From Candidatus Zixiibacteriota bacterium (lineage in GTDB: Bacteria > Zixibacteria > MSB-5A5 > UBA10806 > 4484-95): a stretch of 52,748 nt of DNA. The notes beneath the pieces are model-generated. The model was not told where the DNA came from, ran no database searches, and was given only the letters and a program-made list of their open reading frames with translations. The stretch covers positions 42,591 to 95,338 of the forward strand of contig JAOZPT010000003.1 of the NCBI GenBank assembly GCA_029932605.1. The letters run 5' to 3'. The translations under genes were made by a program, and so were the position numbers. Position 1 is the stretch's first letter, and each line of letters begins with the position of its first letter. Below, piece by piece: positions 20,083 through 29,181 of this stretch.

Positions 20083-21573
20083 ATGAAGAAAGTTGTTTTT
20101 GCTATGGTTATGTTGATTACCATTTTAGCTACTTCCTCGGGAGCGCTGGAATGGAAGAGCAGGTTTGGCGTAGGTGTTCGTGGGCCCTTGATGGCCCCGA
20201 TGGTAAAAGGTGCCGATTACAAAGGCTATAATATTTCTAAGGAACCTTTCATGATGGGATTAGGTGGAAACCTCGAGTTGAAATATGGCCTGTCAAATAA
20301 TCTTGTCCTCGGCCTCTCTGCTGGCTATTGGTATAGCTATGATGATACTCTATCCGCCGATGACCAGTCATTCAAATTAAACAAAAAAGACAATGCCTCC
20401 ACAAAACTCACGGTGATTCCCATTGGCCTGACAGGGCAGTATTATTTTATACCCGAGAGTAACATTCAGCCCTATCTTGTTGCCGGTCTCGGTTTAGATT
20501 TAGCTACTTATGAAAACCTCATAATAAACGAAAAATACTCATCGACAGACCTCAACGGTAAAGTGGGCGCCGGCATCAACTTCTGGATAGGCGAAAGTTT
20601 CGCCTTTGACATCGGAGGAAGATTCTCATATTTGCTTACCAACTCATCCAACGATATTCCTTCAACCTGGCATGACATAGGCGACTTCAGTGAAACATCA
20701 AACCGCCCCTTCCTTGCTACTTTAGAACCTGGCATAGGATTTACATATTTCATAGGCGGCGCCAGAGACACCGACAAGGACGGGATCAAGGATAAATTCG
20801 ACCAGTGCCCAGATACGCCTTTTGGGGCTCTTGTGGATAGTTATGGTTGTCCTCTCGATACCGATGGTGATGGTATCTACGATGGTATTGACCAGTGTCC
20901 AGATACTCCCAAAGGCGCCTTCGTTGATATAATAGGTTGTCCACTTGATTCTGACGCGGACAGCGTATTTGACGGCCTGGATAAATGTCCCAATACGCCA
21001 TTGGGAGTCGAGGTCAATGCGAGTGGTTGTCCACTAGACACCGATAATGATGGTGTTCCTGATTTCAAGGATCAACAATCCGATACGCCTGCAGGAGCAT
21101 TAGTTGATGAACAGGGCATAGCTATTGATAGTGACAAAGACGGCATACCTGATGGAATCGACAAATGCACGGATACCAGGCTGGGCGTCAAAGTCGATGA
21201 GTTTGGCTGTCCACTGGCAAAGCCCATTACCGATAAGATAATATTAAATATCAAATATGCCGCCGGCTCCGTGGAACCCGATGAGGAGGCCACGAAGGTT
21301 TTAGATGATTTAGCCGAAAGGTTGAAGGTCTATGTTGATACAAAAATCGAGCTTAACGGTTACACCGATGCTCTTGGTTCAGCACGAAGCAATCTCAAAT
21401 TATCACAGAAGAGAGCAGAGGCGGTTATGGAATATCTCAGGGCTCAGGGTATCGCCGCTGAACGGATGAGCGCCAAGGGTTACGGAGAGGATCCGAAGTT
21501 CTTTATTGCCGACAATGATACCCCTGAGGGAAGAATGAAAAATCGCCGTGTGGAGGTCGTGCCTGTAAGATAA
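20083..21573 (+). CDS. OmpA-family protein: beta-barrel + thrombospondin type-3-like repeats + OmpA C-terminal peptidoglycan-binding domain
   Basis: Signal peptide; PYLVAGLG barrel motif; five DxDxDGxxDxxDxC repeats; GYTD, LSQKRAEAV, GYGE, NRRVE. Confidence 0.93.
   Translation: MKKVVFAMVMLITILATSSGALEWKSRFGVGVRGPLMAPMVKGADYKGYNISKEPFMMGLGGNLELKYGLSNNLVLGLSAGYWYSYDDTLSADDQSFKLNKKDNASTKLTVIPIGLTGQYYFIPESNIQPYLVAGLGLDLATYENLIINEKYSSTDLNGKVGAGINFWIGESFAFDIGGRFSYLLTNSSNDIPSTWHDIGDFSETSNRPFLATLEPGIGFTYFIGGARDTDKDGIKDKFDQCPDTPFGALVDSYGCPLDTDGDGIYDGIDQCPDTPKGAFVDIIGCPLDSDADSVFDGLDKCPNTPLGVEVNASGCPLDTDNDGVPDFKDQQSDTPAGALVDEQGIAIDSDKDGIPDGIDKCTDTRLGVKVDEFGCPLAKPITDKIILNIKYAAGSVEPDEEATKVLDDLAERLKVYVDTKIELNGYTDALGSARSNLKLSQKRAEAVMEYLRAQGIAAERMSAKGYGEDPKFFIADNDTPEGRMKNRRVEVVPVR
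20767..21216 (+). repeat. Five tandem 90-bp (30-aa) TSP3-like coding repeats
   Basis: Units begin DTDKDG, DTDGDG, DSDADS, DTDNDG, DSDKDG at 30-aa spacing. Confidence 0.85.
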
Positions 21574-21635
21574 GCCAAAATAATTGAAATAACATAGCCG
21601 AGTTAAAAAAATCGGCACGCTTGAATATCATAAAC

Positions 21636-21664
21636 AAGGGCGTCATTGTCGACGCCCTTATTTT
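21636..21664 (+). terminator. Rho-independent terminator after the ompA-like gene
   Basis: AAGGGCGTC-ATTGTC-GACGCCCTT perfect 9-bp stem followed by ATTTT. Confidence 0.8.
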
Positions 21665-21848
21665 ACCAAAATCCCGGGATATCCAATTTCATCCATAATG
21701 CGGAATCAAAAAAAAACGTTATTAAAATATCAATGATGAAAGCCTGAGGGGATAATAGTTTTATAATTCATTGGTCAAGCGCAAAACAGTTAGAAACAAC
21801 TAAAATCATTTTCTGTTTAAAGTGTATAACATGAAGATTTTCAATCAC

Positions 21849-22196
21849 TTATTCTCCCTCAAAGCCACATAATGGACATGAAACACCAGCTGTGCTATAT
21901 AAAGGATGGTCGAAATTGCATTTTGGTTTGAACAGGTGATACCAACGGCATTCAAGGTCAAATGCCTTTTGGTCATCTTTTGCCGTCTGAAACATGAACC
22001 GGTCAGGAGAATGCTCTTTTATCTTGGTTGACTTTTCGCTTTCAGGCAGATGCCTTATCAACGCTTTTCTCAGATGCTCTGACCTTTCAACATATACCGG
22101 CTCATAACTGTCTCCATGGATAAGCAATAATACACCCGTTCGATCGGGGACATTGATTGCGATATTCGCCCTGTTTAATGAGTATGGTCCACGCAT
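21849..22196 (-). CDS. Small GIY-YIG-like protein with degenerate catalytic motifs and C-terminal Cys/His cluster
   Basis: VPDRTGVLLL...VYVERSEHLRKALIRH follows the GVY...YVGxS..LxxRLxxH layout; downstream AFDLEC and PKCN; ends HP...CPLC. Confidence 0.6.
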   Translation of the reverse strand: MRGPYSLNRANIAINVPDRTGVLLLIHGDSYEPVYVERSEHLRKALIRHLPESEKSTKIKEHSPDRFMFQTAKDDQKAFDLECRWYHLFKPKCNFDHPLYSTAGVSCPLCGFEGE

Positions 22197-22275
22197 CGTT
22201 TTTTACCAGATTGCCTTATACAATTTTAAGTTCGGATTCAATGTTGTCAGAAGTTGTCAGTCCGGCCGAAAACGT

Positions 22276-22304
22276 TTCAATTTGTGTTCACTATATTTTA
22301 CAAT
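22276..22304 (+). promoter_or_regulatory. Candidate sigma70 promoter pointing into non-coding DNA
   Basis: TTCAAT, 17 nt spacer, TACAAT; predicted start near 22310. Confidence 0.4.
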
Positions 22305-22309
22305 CACAT

Positions 22310-22440
22310 GGGGCTCTGTCCTAGAGATAACGCTGCCATAACCAGTCATTGCGCCTTATGGGGGAAGCAACCCCAACTCTATGTGTGTCAAGAGAATGCG
22401 CAGACGCACCTTGGGATTTGGCCGTCCTACGGACTCTTCG
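22310..22440 (+). ncRNA. Candidate structured non-coding RNA, family unassigned (6S-like rod possible)
   Basis: GC-rich island in AT-rich intergenic DNA. 5' GGGGCTCTGT pairs with 3' ACGGACTCT; internal helices GTC-at-TGCGC/GCGCAGAC and TGGGG/CCCCA; promoter directly upstream; no credible ORF. Confidence 0.35.
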
Positions 22441-22573
22441 CAATAACATATAAATACACCATCATTTCAGAGTGTTACACAATTATGTTTTTATTGGGGG
22501 TTAAAATGCAAAATAATATGAGAATCTGGGAAACAAAAAAGAGCCACCGGGCTTTTTCTATATTTACGAATAT

Positions 22574-22600
22574 AAAAAAACCGCCCATCTCGGGGCGGCT
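22574..22600 (-). terminator. Rho-independent terminator of the 22625-23281 gene
   Basis: CCGCCC/GGGCGG stem (22581-22598) followed on the minus strand by T7. Confidence 0.8.
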
Positions 22601-22624
22601 TAGGTTTTTTTAAGAATAAAAAAT

Positions 22625-23281
22625 TTAAAAGATGTAACGTAAACCTAAATTTCCGCTTACTACGTCCGGTCCATAAAAATCGTCCCACCAATCATCCCAG
22701 GGAGTCCAGTCGGGAACATAGGTCATTCTGCATTCCATATAGACATTCATTTTTTCAGACAAGCTGCCATCAAGGCCCAAAAAGGCAAAAACCTGAGCCT
22801 TGGTTTCAAGGTAATAATCGATATTGAGGATTTCCCAAAGGCCGGTGTTAACATTCTGGCGAGCTTCCTCACGATTGACCTGTATGAAATAAAAACCCGC
22901 TCCTGCTCCCGAATAGAGTTTATAATCAGAGAAAACATCTAAAAATTTATAGCGTGCCAGGGCTGCAAAGCCCAGAGCCTCCTGTTTATTCTCCGCGTAT
23001 TTTTTGGCGGGCGTTAGTTGATTTTCATTGGAGAGAGAATCCATTTTCCTATCGAAAAGGTCGTAATTTCTCCACCATTTCTGGACCTCAAAACCGATAT
23101 CATAAGTTCCATCCAAATAGCCGAATGTAACCATGGTTCCAAGGCCATAGCCAAGACCGTTATCATCCCCGGGTTTTAATACCAAACCTTGCATGGTTGC
23201 TTTAACATGCCAGAAATCCTGGCCTGATGAGATAACCGTCAATGCCAGTATCAGCATCGGAATTACAAAAACCTTTTTCAT
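22625..23281 (-). CDS. Small outer-membrane beta-barrel protein
   Basis: Signal peptide, YSGAGAG motif, ends GLRYIF; AAGGAG RBS. Confidence 0.75.
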   Translation of the reverse strand: MKKVFVIPMLILALTVISSGQDFWHVKATMQGLVLKPGDDNGLGYGLGTMVTFGYLDGTYDIGFEVQKWWRNYDLFDRKMDSLSNENQLTPAKKYAENKQEALGFAALARYKFLDVFSDYKLYSGAGAGFYFIQVNREEARQNVNTGLWEILNIDYYLETKAQVFAFLGLDGSLSEKMNVYMECRMTYVPDWTPWDDWWDDFYGPDVVSGNLGLRYIF

Positions 23282-23503
23282 CTTTTCTCTCCTTTGCTTA
23301 CTTCAAATATTTTTGTATAAATATATAAACTGATGACTTCAAGGGCAAGGAGTTATGTAAAACTTTGTAAAAAAATTACCGGTCTATGATATGGTTATCA
23401 TCAATGCGGATATAAGACTGCTTTATTATATCGTCGCCTCCCTATGCTGGATTACAAGGAATTTTATATCAAAAATATTCGAGGTTTAGCCTTAGCAATG
23501 ATA

Positions 23504-24256
23504 TTACCTTGGGTTTCTCTTGATAATATTTTTATCAGTTCCAAGTATTTTTTTAAAGAATAAATGCCACACGCCCCAGATGGCCTCAAGAACGATTCGT
23601 TTGGACATCTTCGAGGCTCCCATCTGACGCTCGATGAAAATTATCGGCGTTTCCTTGATTTTAAAACCCGCTCGCCAGATATAGAAATTCATCTCAATTT
23701 GAAAACAATAACCATTGGATTTGATTTTATCAAGGTTCAACAATTGTAATACCTCTCTCCGGAAACACTTAAAACCGCTGGTTGGATCTTTCACCGGTAG
23801 ACCGGTTATCCAACGGACATATTTGGAGGCGAAATATGATAGGAGAAGGCGCGATATGGGCCAGTTTACGATGCTTATACCATTGATGTATCTAGAGCCA
23901 ATAACCATGTCAGCATTTTTTACTTCCTCTCTGAACTGCTTGATATAATCCGGGTTATGTGAAAAGTCCGCATCCATCTCCATCAAATATCCAATCTGCG
24001 GCATGGTAAGACCGTATTTGAAACCGTCGATGTAGGCTGTGCCAAGTCCGAGTTTACCTGTACGCCGTAAAAGATGAATCCTATTATCGGTTTTTTTCAT
24101 GCTCTTGACGATATCACCTGTTCCATCCGGAGAATTGTCGTCGATAATAAGCACCTCAATATCCTGGCCCTGTTTTAAAACGGCCTCAATGATCTGTCTG
24201 ATATTGTCCTTTTCGTTGTAAGTCGGGATACAAACTAAAATATTTTTCATCGACAC
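23504..24256 (-). CDS. GT2 polyprenol monophosphomannose synthase-like glycosyltransferase (DPM1/Ppm1 family)
   Basis: IPTYNEKDNI, DDNSPDGTG, GKLGLGTAY, EMDADFSH, IGSRY, SGFKCFRR, GYCFQIE. Confidence 0.92.
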   Translation of the reverse strand: MSMKNILVCIPTYNEKDNIRQIIEAVLKQGQDIEVLIIDDNSPDGTGDIVKSMKKTDNRIHLLRRTGKLGLGTAYIDGFKYGLTMPQIGYLMEMDADFSHNPDYIKQFREEVKNADMVIGSRYINGISIVNWPISRLLLSYFASKYVRWITGLPVKDPTSGFKCFRREVLQLLNLDKIKSNGYCFQIEMNFYIWRAGFKIKETPIIFIERQMGASKMSKRIVLEAIWGVWHLFFKKILGTDKNIIKRNPR

Positions 24257-25221
24257 CTCGGCGAAAACAAATAATGCAACCCTCCGAATATAATCAAAGA
24301 CCAGTAGCTTATCAACCTGTCAGCGATTACTACAGCGCCGGCAGCCTCTTTTGTAAAACCCGCCGGAATCATGACCGTAAACATCAGAAGCTCAACTAAG
24401 CCCAAACCAGCTGGGGTAAAGGGCAGGCTCATTATAATCAAAGACGCCTGAGATATAAAGACTGCTAACATGAAGTCAATGCGAACTCCCAGCGCCCAGG
24501 CCACAAAAAATAGCCGTCCCGCCTCCGACAGCCAGATAATTAAACTTTCTATGGAAATAATCGGCAACCTGGCTGGTGACCTGAACAATCCCTTTGTGAA
24601 AGACTCGTAATAAGACCGGAACTTGTGCGGAATAAACCTCTGCAACCATCCCGCGCGCCAAGAAAACAAGACAAACAAGCCGACTACTAAACAAATAATT
24701 ATCATACCTTTCAAAAGAAGTCCATGAAGTTCGGGAGCTGTTACAAGGTTAAGATAAAGTATTCCACTGGATATAACCAGGATGGCTGTTATGGCAAGGT
24801 CGAATATCCGCTCTGAAAAAATAACCCCCAGCGATAAGGGAAATGATATGGCCCTATTCTTTTTTAGAAGGTGGGCACGATATATATCGCCGATTCTTGC
24901 CGGTAAGATGGAATTGGCAAACCAGGCAAGTAAATAAAAACGGGTTAACTCAAGTGTGGGTAAATTTATCTTGGCCTCTGATAGAAGCCCTTTCCAGCGA
25001 TATCCTCTTAAAGGGAGAAATACATAAAAGGTGACCAAGCCACATATAAGGAGAAATAAATTGCTGTTTTTTATTATGGATGCAGTCCCGGTCAAGTCAA
25101 AACGAGTTAAAAATATGTAAATTATTATAACCGATACAACCAGAGCAATTAGTGTGTTAAAGCGGAAAAATCTTTGTTTTATATCTATGCGTTCTTTCTC
25201 TTCAACTTGTGCCATATTCAT
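24247..25221 (-). CDS. Lysylphosphatidylglycerol-synthase TM / UPF0104 flippase-like membrane protein
   Basis: RGYRW, NSILPARIGDIYR, ERIFD, PFTPAGLGLVE, DRLISYW motifs; multiple TM helices. Confidence 0.87.
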   Translation of the reverse strand: MNMAQVEEKERIDIKQRFFRFNTLIALVVSVIIIYIFLTRFDLTGTASIIKNSNLFLLICGLVTFYVFLPLRGYRWKGLLSEAKINLPTLELTRFYLLAWFANSILPARIGDIYRAHLLKKNRAISFPLSLGVIFSERIFDLAITAILVISSGILYLNLVTAPELHGLLLKGMIIICLVVGLFVLFSWRAGWLQRFIPHKFRSYYESFTKGLFRSPARLPIISIESLIIWLSEAGRLFFVAWALGVRIDFMLAVFISQASLIIMSLPFTPAGLGLVELLMFTVMIPAGFTKEAAGAVVIADRLISYWSLIIFGGLHYLFSPRCR

Positions 25222-25467
25222 AATGATACCAGTGCTACCTTTTCAGGTTCCATTACCATGTGAAATTATAACCGTTAATGGTTCTTTTTGAGAATTTGTC
25301 TCGGTATTTATCAACGGTTGGTGTCTCAATATAGCATAGATAAGAACATTAAAGACAAACAACTTCAAAGTGGGGAGATACGTAATATTCAGAACATTGC
25401 ATATCATAATGATTTTGCAAAATCCAATATAAGATTCAACTTGACACAAAAATGGATCATACGTCAG

Positions 25468-26655
25468 TTAACCATTTTTTTCTCTGAAACCAACGATAAA
25501 TACAACAATGCTCAACAAGCCAAATGCTGTGGCGGTTAAAAGATTATAGGTTGGTCCAAGGCTCCACAACCAGGCTCCTAAAAACGAGCCGCTACTGACG
25601 ATTAAATCTCTTATAAGATAATAAAACCCTATTGAGCTGGCTACTGCTGAGGGTGGAGCCTGGGAGATCAAAAGCGATTTTCGGCATGGTTCACCGAACT
25701 CCTTTAGGCCACGTATTACGAAGACAAACACCAAAAACCACCAGCTCTTCGAGACCATCAAAAGAAGCGGAAAGATGGTGAAAAATATAAAGGTGCCCAG
25801 CACAAATGGCTTTTTTTTCATCCTGTCGGCGAAATGCGCCACCGGTATATAGACCGCCATGGATGATATCACCTCAATCGCCAAAAGCAGACCGAAAGCC
25901 TCAACTGTGACCCCCATATTATTGATGACATAAAGTATCACAAAAGCAAATGGTATCCGCTGGCAGAACCGGGCTAATATATCGGCCATTAAAAGTGTTT
26001 TCCAGTTGGCGCCTAGGCTTTTCCATAATTGTTTTATGTTAAACCGCACATGGGCTACAGGTCTGTCAATGGTGATTTTATTTTGCAGTATTATCGCTGT
26101 AATGGCTGAGGCTATCGATAACAACAAAGCTATCCTTATCCCTTTGACGAAGCCGAACGAACCGATAAGGATGCCCCCGATAATCGGGCCAATTGTGCGG
26201 GGGATACGGTTGACGATGGAGATTATGGAAAGCCCCATAACATGTTTATCATCAGGAAGAGCTTTGCCAATATAGGAGAAAAGGGCAGGCTGGGAGAGAT
26301 TGGTCCAGGCGAGGAAAAAAAACATGCCGATTATCACAGCCGGCCATGCCGGAAAAAGCAAAAGGATTAAATAACCTGCAATCGATAGGATGGTGAAAAA
26401 AACCAGTGAACGCCGAAAACCGAAACGGTCGCTTATAATGCCGCCAGGATAACCATAAACAGCTGCCAGCGCTGTTGAAATAAAATCGCTTAAGCCTATT
26501 ATAAACACGGTAGCGCCCAATACCTCCAGGTACTTGGGAATAAACCTCAACCACATCTTCTCGCCAATACCGATAGCGATAACCGCTGAAAAAAGAATAA
26601 CGGTGCTTTTGTTTAAACCTAGGTAGGAAAAGGTTTTTTTTAAAAAGTTATTCAT
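25468..26655 (-). CDS. MFS transporter
   Basis: About 12 TM segments; motif A GIISDRFGFRR and ADRMKKK. Confidence 0.9.
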   Translation of the reverse strand: MNNFLKKTFSYLGLNKSTVILFSAVIAIGIGEKMWLRFIPKYLEVLGATVFIIGLSDFISTALAAVYGYPGGIISDRFGFRRSLVFFTILSIAGYLILLLFPAWPAVIIGMFFFLAWTNLSQPALFSYIGKALPDDKHVMGLSIISIVNRIPRTIGPIIGGILIGSFGFVKGIRIALLLSIASAITAIILQNKITIDRPVAHVRFNIKQLWKSLGANWKTLLMADILARFCQRIPFAFVILYVINNMGVTVEAFGLLLAIEVISSMAVYIPVAHFADRMKKKPFVLGTFIFFTIFPLLLMVSKSWWFLVFVFVIRGLKEFGEPCRKSLLISQAPPSAVASSIGFYYLIRDLIVSSGSFLGAWLWSLGPTYNLLTATAFGLLSIVVFIVGFREKNG

Positions 26656-26843
26656 GATTTGATGACCGCTTGCAAAACTTAAGTAAAATCGTATTATTCT
26701 CCTACTCTTCTTGCATATTATAATATGATTAAAAATCTATGCCTAAAACAATTTCATAGATATCGGTAATGTTTGTAATCAACATATTGTCTTTCCAGAT
26801 ATCTTATGTTATTTTCTCAAATGGAGGATAAAAGTTCTTAACC

Positions 26844-27671
26844 ATGATAATCAGTGCCAGCCGAAGAACCGATATTCCCGCCTTTTATGCCGATTGGTTT
26901 TTTAAAAGTTTAAAAAGAGAACGGCTTGAGGTGAGAAATCCCTTTAATCCAAAACAGGTTACAAAAGTCGATTTAAGTCCGCATAAGGTCGATGCCATTG
27001 TATTCTGGACCAGATACCCGGAACCATTACTTAAATACTTAAGTGAAATTGACAAAATTGGTTATAAATATGTTTTCCTGTTTACCATTACCGGTTATCC
27101 AGATTCTCTTGAGCCGAAAGCACCTAAAATACAACAAGCAATTGAATCATTTAAAAGGTTAAGCGACATGACTGGACGACAAAAAGTAATCTGGCGATAT
27201 GACCCGATAGTAGTGTCCAATGTCACAGATGAGTTTTATCATTTTAGGAATTTTGAAAAATTGGCCGCATCTCTTTCGGGATATACCGACAAAGTCATAA
27301 TCAGCTTCTTGGATTTTTATAGAAAATTAAGACCTCGTTTCAAAGCGCTTTATGATCAATACGGTTTAAAGATAACCGATGTTATGCATAAGCAGGGAAA
27401 AGCGTTACTAATTGGCAGAAGGCTAAAAGAGATAAGCGATTCGTATGGTTTAGCCATACAATCCTGCGCCGAGGAAGAATTTTTAAAGCAATCGGGTATC
27501 CATCCCGGTGCCTGCATAGATGGTGACTATCTGGAAAAAATTTTCAGTAAAAAGATTGTCATAAAAAAAGACCCACACCAGAGAAAAAACTGTCTCTGCA
27601 ACCAGAGTGTCGATATCGGCCAGTATAATAGTTGCAGGTTCAACTGCCGTTACTGTTATGCCATAAGGTAG
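26844..27671 (+). CDS. DUF1848-family protein
   Basis: MIISASRRTDIPAFY, VFWT, WRYDPI, C-terminal CLC..SVDIG.Y.SCRFNCRYCYA. Confidence 0.9.
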   Translation: MIISASRRTDIPAFYADWFFKSLKRERLEVRNPFNPKQVTKVDLSPHKVDAIVFWTRYPEPLLKYLSEIDKIGYKYVFLFTITGYPDSLEPKAPKIQQAIESFKRLSDMTGRQKVIWRYDPIVVSNVTDEFYHFRNFEKLAASLSGYTDKVIISFLDFYRKLRPRFKALYDQYGLKITDVMHKQGKALLIGRRLKEISDSYGLAIQSCAEEEFLKQSGIHPGACIDGDYLEKIFSKKIVIKKDPHQRKNCLCNQSVDIGQYNSCRFNCRYCYAIR

Positions 27672-27900
27672 ATTTTTATGATTTATACTGACATATGTAA
27701 ACCATGCGATTTGCTTTTGGAGGTAATGGTTTAATATTTTTACCATTTCCCTCTGGAAATATTGTAAACATCTTGCGGTATTACAGAATATAAATATATT
27801 AATTGTAAAAAACTGCCATCGAGTAATGATGATGTTGTAGGTATTAGCCCTACATTAAAAGGTCCGGATTGGTTAACGATATTAATAGGAGGAGAACAGA

Positions 27901-29181
27901 ATGAAAAGAGGACATATTTTACTGTCTTTTTTACTGGTTATAATTCTTTTTTTGCCGGCAAGTTTATTTGCCCAGAAGCTTTTGATTCCCATGGATTTTT
28001 CTCAGACCGACCATCTCAAAGCTTATGGGGTGGCCTACTGGTGCTTGACCTATGGGCAAAATGTTGAATGGCTTTTAAACTACCGCGGTGGTTCTTTTTT
28101 AACCGATGATTTGCCCCAGATTGAGGAGGTTTGCCACCTGCGTGGAGTGTACTACGAGATAATAAGCGGAGGCCAGGAGGCGCAGATTAAAGCCACCATT
28201 GAAGAGAACAACATGGAGTCGGTGCTTCTGGAGAAAGCACCCAAAGTTGCCATTTATGCGCCGCCATTCTCCAAAAATGAACCCTGGGATGATGCTGTAA
28301 ACTTAGCTTTAGTCTATGCGGATATACCATTTGATGTATTATGGGATATCGAGGTTCTCCAGGGGCAGCTTGCAGAATACGACTGGCTTCACCTTCACCA
28401 TGAGGATTTCACAGGCCAGTATGGGAAATTTTACGGAGCCTATCGAAATACCAACTGGTACAAGCAGATTAAAGCCCTTTCCGAGACTACTGCCAGAGAG
28501 CTTGGTTTTAAGAAAGTATCAAAGCTCAAGCTGGCAGTGGCAAAAGCCATAAAAGAATATGTAGCCGGTGGCGGGTTTTTGTTTGCTATGTGTTCTGCCA
28601 CCGATACCTATGACATCTCATTAGCTGCACAGAACACAGATATCGTTCCTGCCGAATATGACGGTGATCCACCGGATCCAGATTGCCAGGAAAGGCTGGA
28701 CTATTCACAGTGCCTTGCTTTTGAAAATTTCAAGGTTGAGTTAAACCCTATTATATATGAACACTCAAATATAGATACAACCCCAATTCGCGGTGGACGT
28801 CACCTGTCACCTGAGGCTGATTATTTTACATTATTTGATTTCTCGGCGAAATACGACCCGGTACCGACCATGCTGGTGCAGGACCATGTGCCGATTGTAA
28901 ACGGTTTCTGGGGACAATGCACAGGTTTCAGGAGAGATTTGGTGAAAAAGCACGTTATAATTCTTGCCGAGACAGAGGGTAAGAACGAGGCGAAATATAT
29001 CCATGGCAATTTTGGACGTGGCACTTTCACTTTTCTTGGCGGTCATGACCCGGAGGATTACCAGCATATGATAGGCGATCCACCCACCGACCTGCGCCTT
29101 CATAAAAACTCACCCGGCTATCGCCTTATTCTAAACAATGTACTATTCCCGGCAGCCAAAAAACGGGAAAGGAAAACGTGA
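27901..29181 (+). CDS. Conserved secreted protein of the family often labelled 'asparagine synthetase B' in FCB genomes; function unknown
   Basis: Signal peptide; LIPMD..Q.DHLKAYG, WLLNYRGGSF, PWDDAV, WLHLHHEDFTGQYGKF, FAMCSATD, GGHDPEDYQH, SPGYRLILNN. Confidence 0.8.
   Translation: MKRGHILLSFLLVIILFLPASLFAQKLLIPMDFSQTDHLKAYGVAYWCLTYGQNVEWLLNYRGGSFLTDDLPQIEEVCHLRGVYYEIISGGQEAQIKATIEENNMESVLLEKAPKVAIYAPPFSKNEPWDDAVNLALVYADIPFDVLWDIEVLQGQLAEYDWLHLHHEDFTGQYGKFYGAYRNTNWYKQIKALSETTARELGFKKVSKLKLAVAKAIKEYVAGGGFLFAMCSATDTYDISLAAQNTDIVPAEYDGDPPDPDCQERLDYSQCLAFENFKVELNPIIYEHSNIDTTPIRGGRHLSPEADYFTLFDFSAKYDPVPTMLVQDHVPIVNGFWGQCTGFRRDLVKKHVIILAETEGKNEAKYIHGNFGRGTFTFLGGHDPEDYQHMIGDPPTDLRLHKNSPGYRLILNNVLFPAAKKRERKT

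Noticed and set aside
22325..22375. c-di-GMP-I riboswitch-like words on the minus strand (GGCGCAA, ATGGCAGC)
   Set aside because: No GNRA-capped P2 stem, and the spacing is too short for P3.
22310..22400. Resemblance to SRP 4.5S RNA (GGGGCTCTGT start, GGAAGCA)
   Set aside because: The conserved CAGG..GNRA..AGCAG domain IV core is absent.
22254..22613. 119-aa ORF, or an IS6-like element with GGCTCT ends
   Set aside because: TTG start without RBS, runs through a terminator, no motifs; the putative inverted ends match over only 6 bp and there is no transposase.
23328..23345. CTGATGACTTC resembling a fluoride riboswitch 3' end
   Set aside because: The 5' GGxGATGG element is missing and the orientation is opposite to the flanking genes.
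25243..25539. Short ORFs between the flippase and MFS genes
   Set aside because: AT-rich, no RBS or motifs; probably intergenic.
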